Source: Heptranchias perlo (lineage: Eukaryota). From it: 64,000 bases of DNA. The stretch lies in NCBI RefSeq assembly GCF_035084215.1, contig NC_090333.1, forward strand, positions 69,564,001 to 69,628,000, written 5' to 3'. The notes under the pieces are model-generated. The model was not told where the DNA came from. It did not search any database and saw only the letters and a list, made by a program, of their open reading frames with translations. Each line of letters begins with the position of its first letter. Within the stretch, counting starts at the first letter, position 1. The position numbers and the translations under genes are program-made. Shown here one piece after another: positions 63,366 to 64,000 of the stretch.

Positions 63366-63856
63366 CATCCAGGGGGCTCTAGATTTGGCAGTCCCTCCCT
63401 CTTTCTGGGATAGTTACACCCTCATTAGCTGTTATATCAGTAATTTACATGCATTACTTAAATATATAACCGGAGAGAACAGATTAATACCAGTTGTAAA
63501 AGGAATCCTGAAGATAAAGCGTAAAGGATCAACAGCTTGCAGCTGCTGTGTAGTTTCTTTATTTCACTGTGTCTATACAACACACTGATAGATGGTGTGT
63601 TGGGATTTCCCAACAATCAAGTACCTATCAGACCAACCCACCAGCCCCTCATGCAGTCGTCTTACTGACCTTGAAATATCAATGATGATTTATAGCAAAT
63701 TTGACCCTACAAGTGAGGGAAAATTTGCTAGGAGTGAAATATTTTGTGTGTTAATATGTTTCCAGAGGAAAAAAGGAGGAAGGGAAAAGAGGTGGATTAT
63801 GTATTGCATGCTACAAAGTTCCACCACATGGCTATGACTCAGTAAATTCTGCTTTG

Positions 63857-64000
63857 ACCGTTTCATCGTCGCTGGGTCAAAATCCTGGAACTCCTCACCT
63901 AACAGCACTGTGGGAGGACCTTCACCACATGGACGGCAGCAATTCAAGAAGGTGGCTCACCATCACCTTCTCAAGGGCAATTAGGGATGGGCAATAAATG
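63857..64000 (+). mobile_element. Family-B LINE 3' fragment (runs off window)
   Basis: Homologous to 22795-22940. Confidence 0.85.

Noticed and set aside
1-64000. CRISPR arrays, operons or other prokaryotic systems; known miRNA/snoRNA genes
   Set aside because: The sequence is eukaryotic. No regular repeat-spacer array and no recognisable mature miRNA or box C/D structure were seen; an Rfam/miRBase search would be needed to exclude ncRNAs.

Overview
Repeat-rich vertebrate genomic DNA, most likely from a cartilaginous fish (shark). This is inferred from the repeat content: CR1 LINEs, L2, SacSINE1/AmnSINE1-like Deu-domain SINEs and a second CR1-group LINE with a partner tRNA-SINE. The only confidently identified gene is an intact APOBEC4 whose CDS lies in one exon (859-1959, +). 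Downstream and convergent with it, splice signals, a CpG-rich first exon (~55.8-56.1 kb) and a U-rich 3'UTR-like region (~4.6-6.1 kb) suggest an unidentified ~51 kb minus-strand transcript. It could be a lncRNA or encode a ~130-aa protein. A probable last coding exon of another unidentified minus-strand gene lies at ~60.3-60.5 kb. The rest is mostly TE-derived: a near-full-length decayed CR1 with an esterase-type ORF1, a young solo LTR with TSDs, MITEs, several inverted-repeat structures and a 200-N gap. Nearly all short ORFs in the track are TE fragments or noise. Repeat boundaries were read by eye and are approximate.
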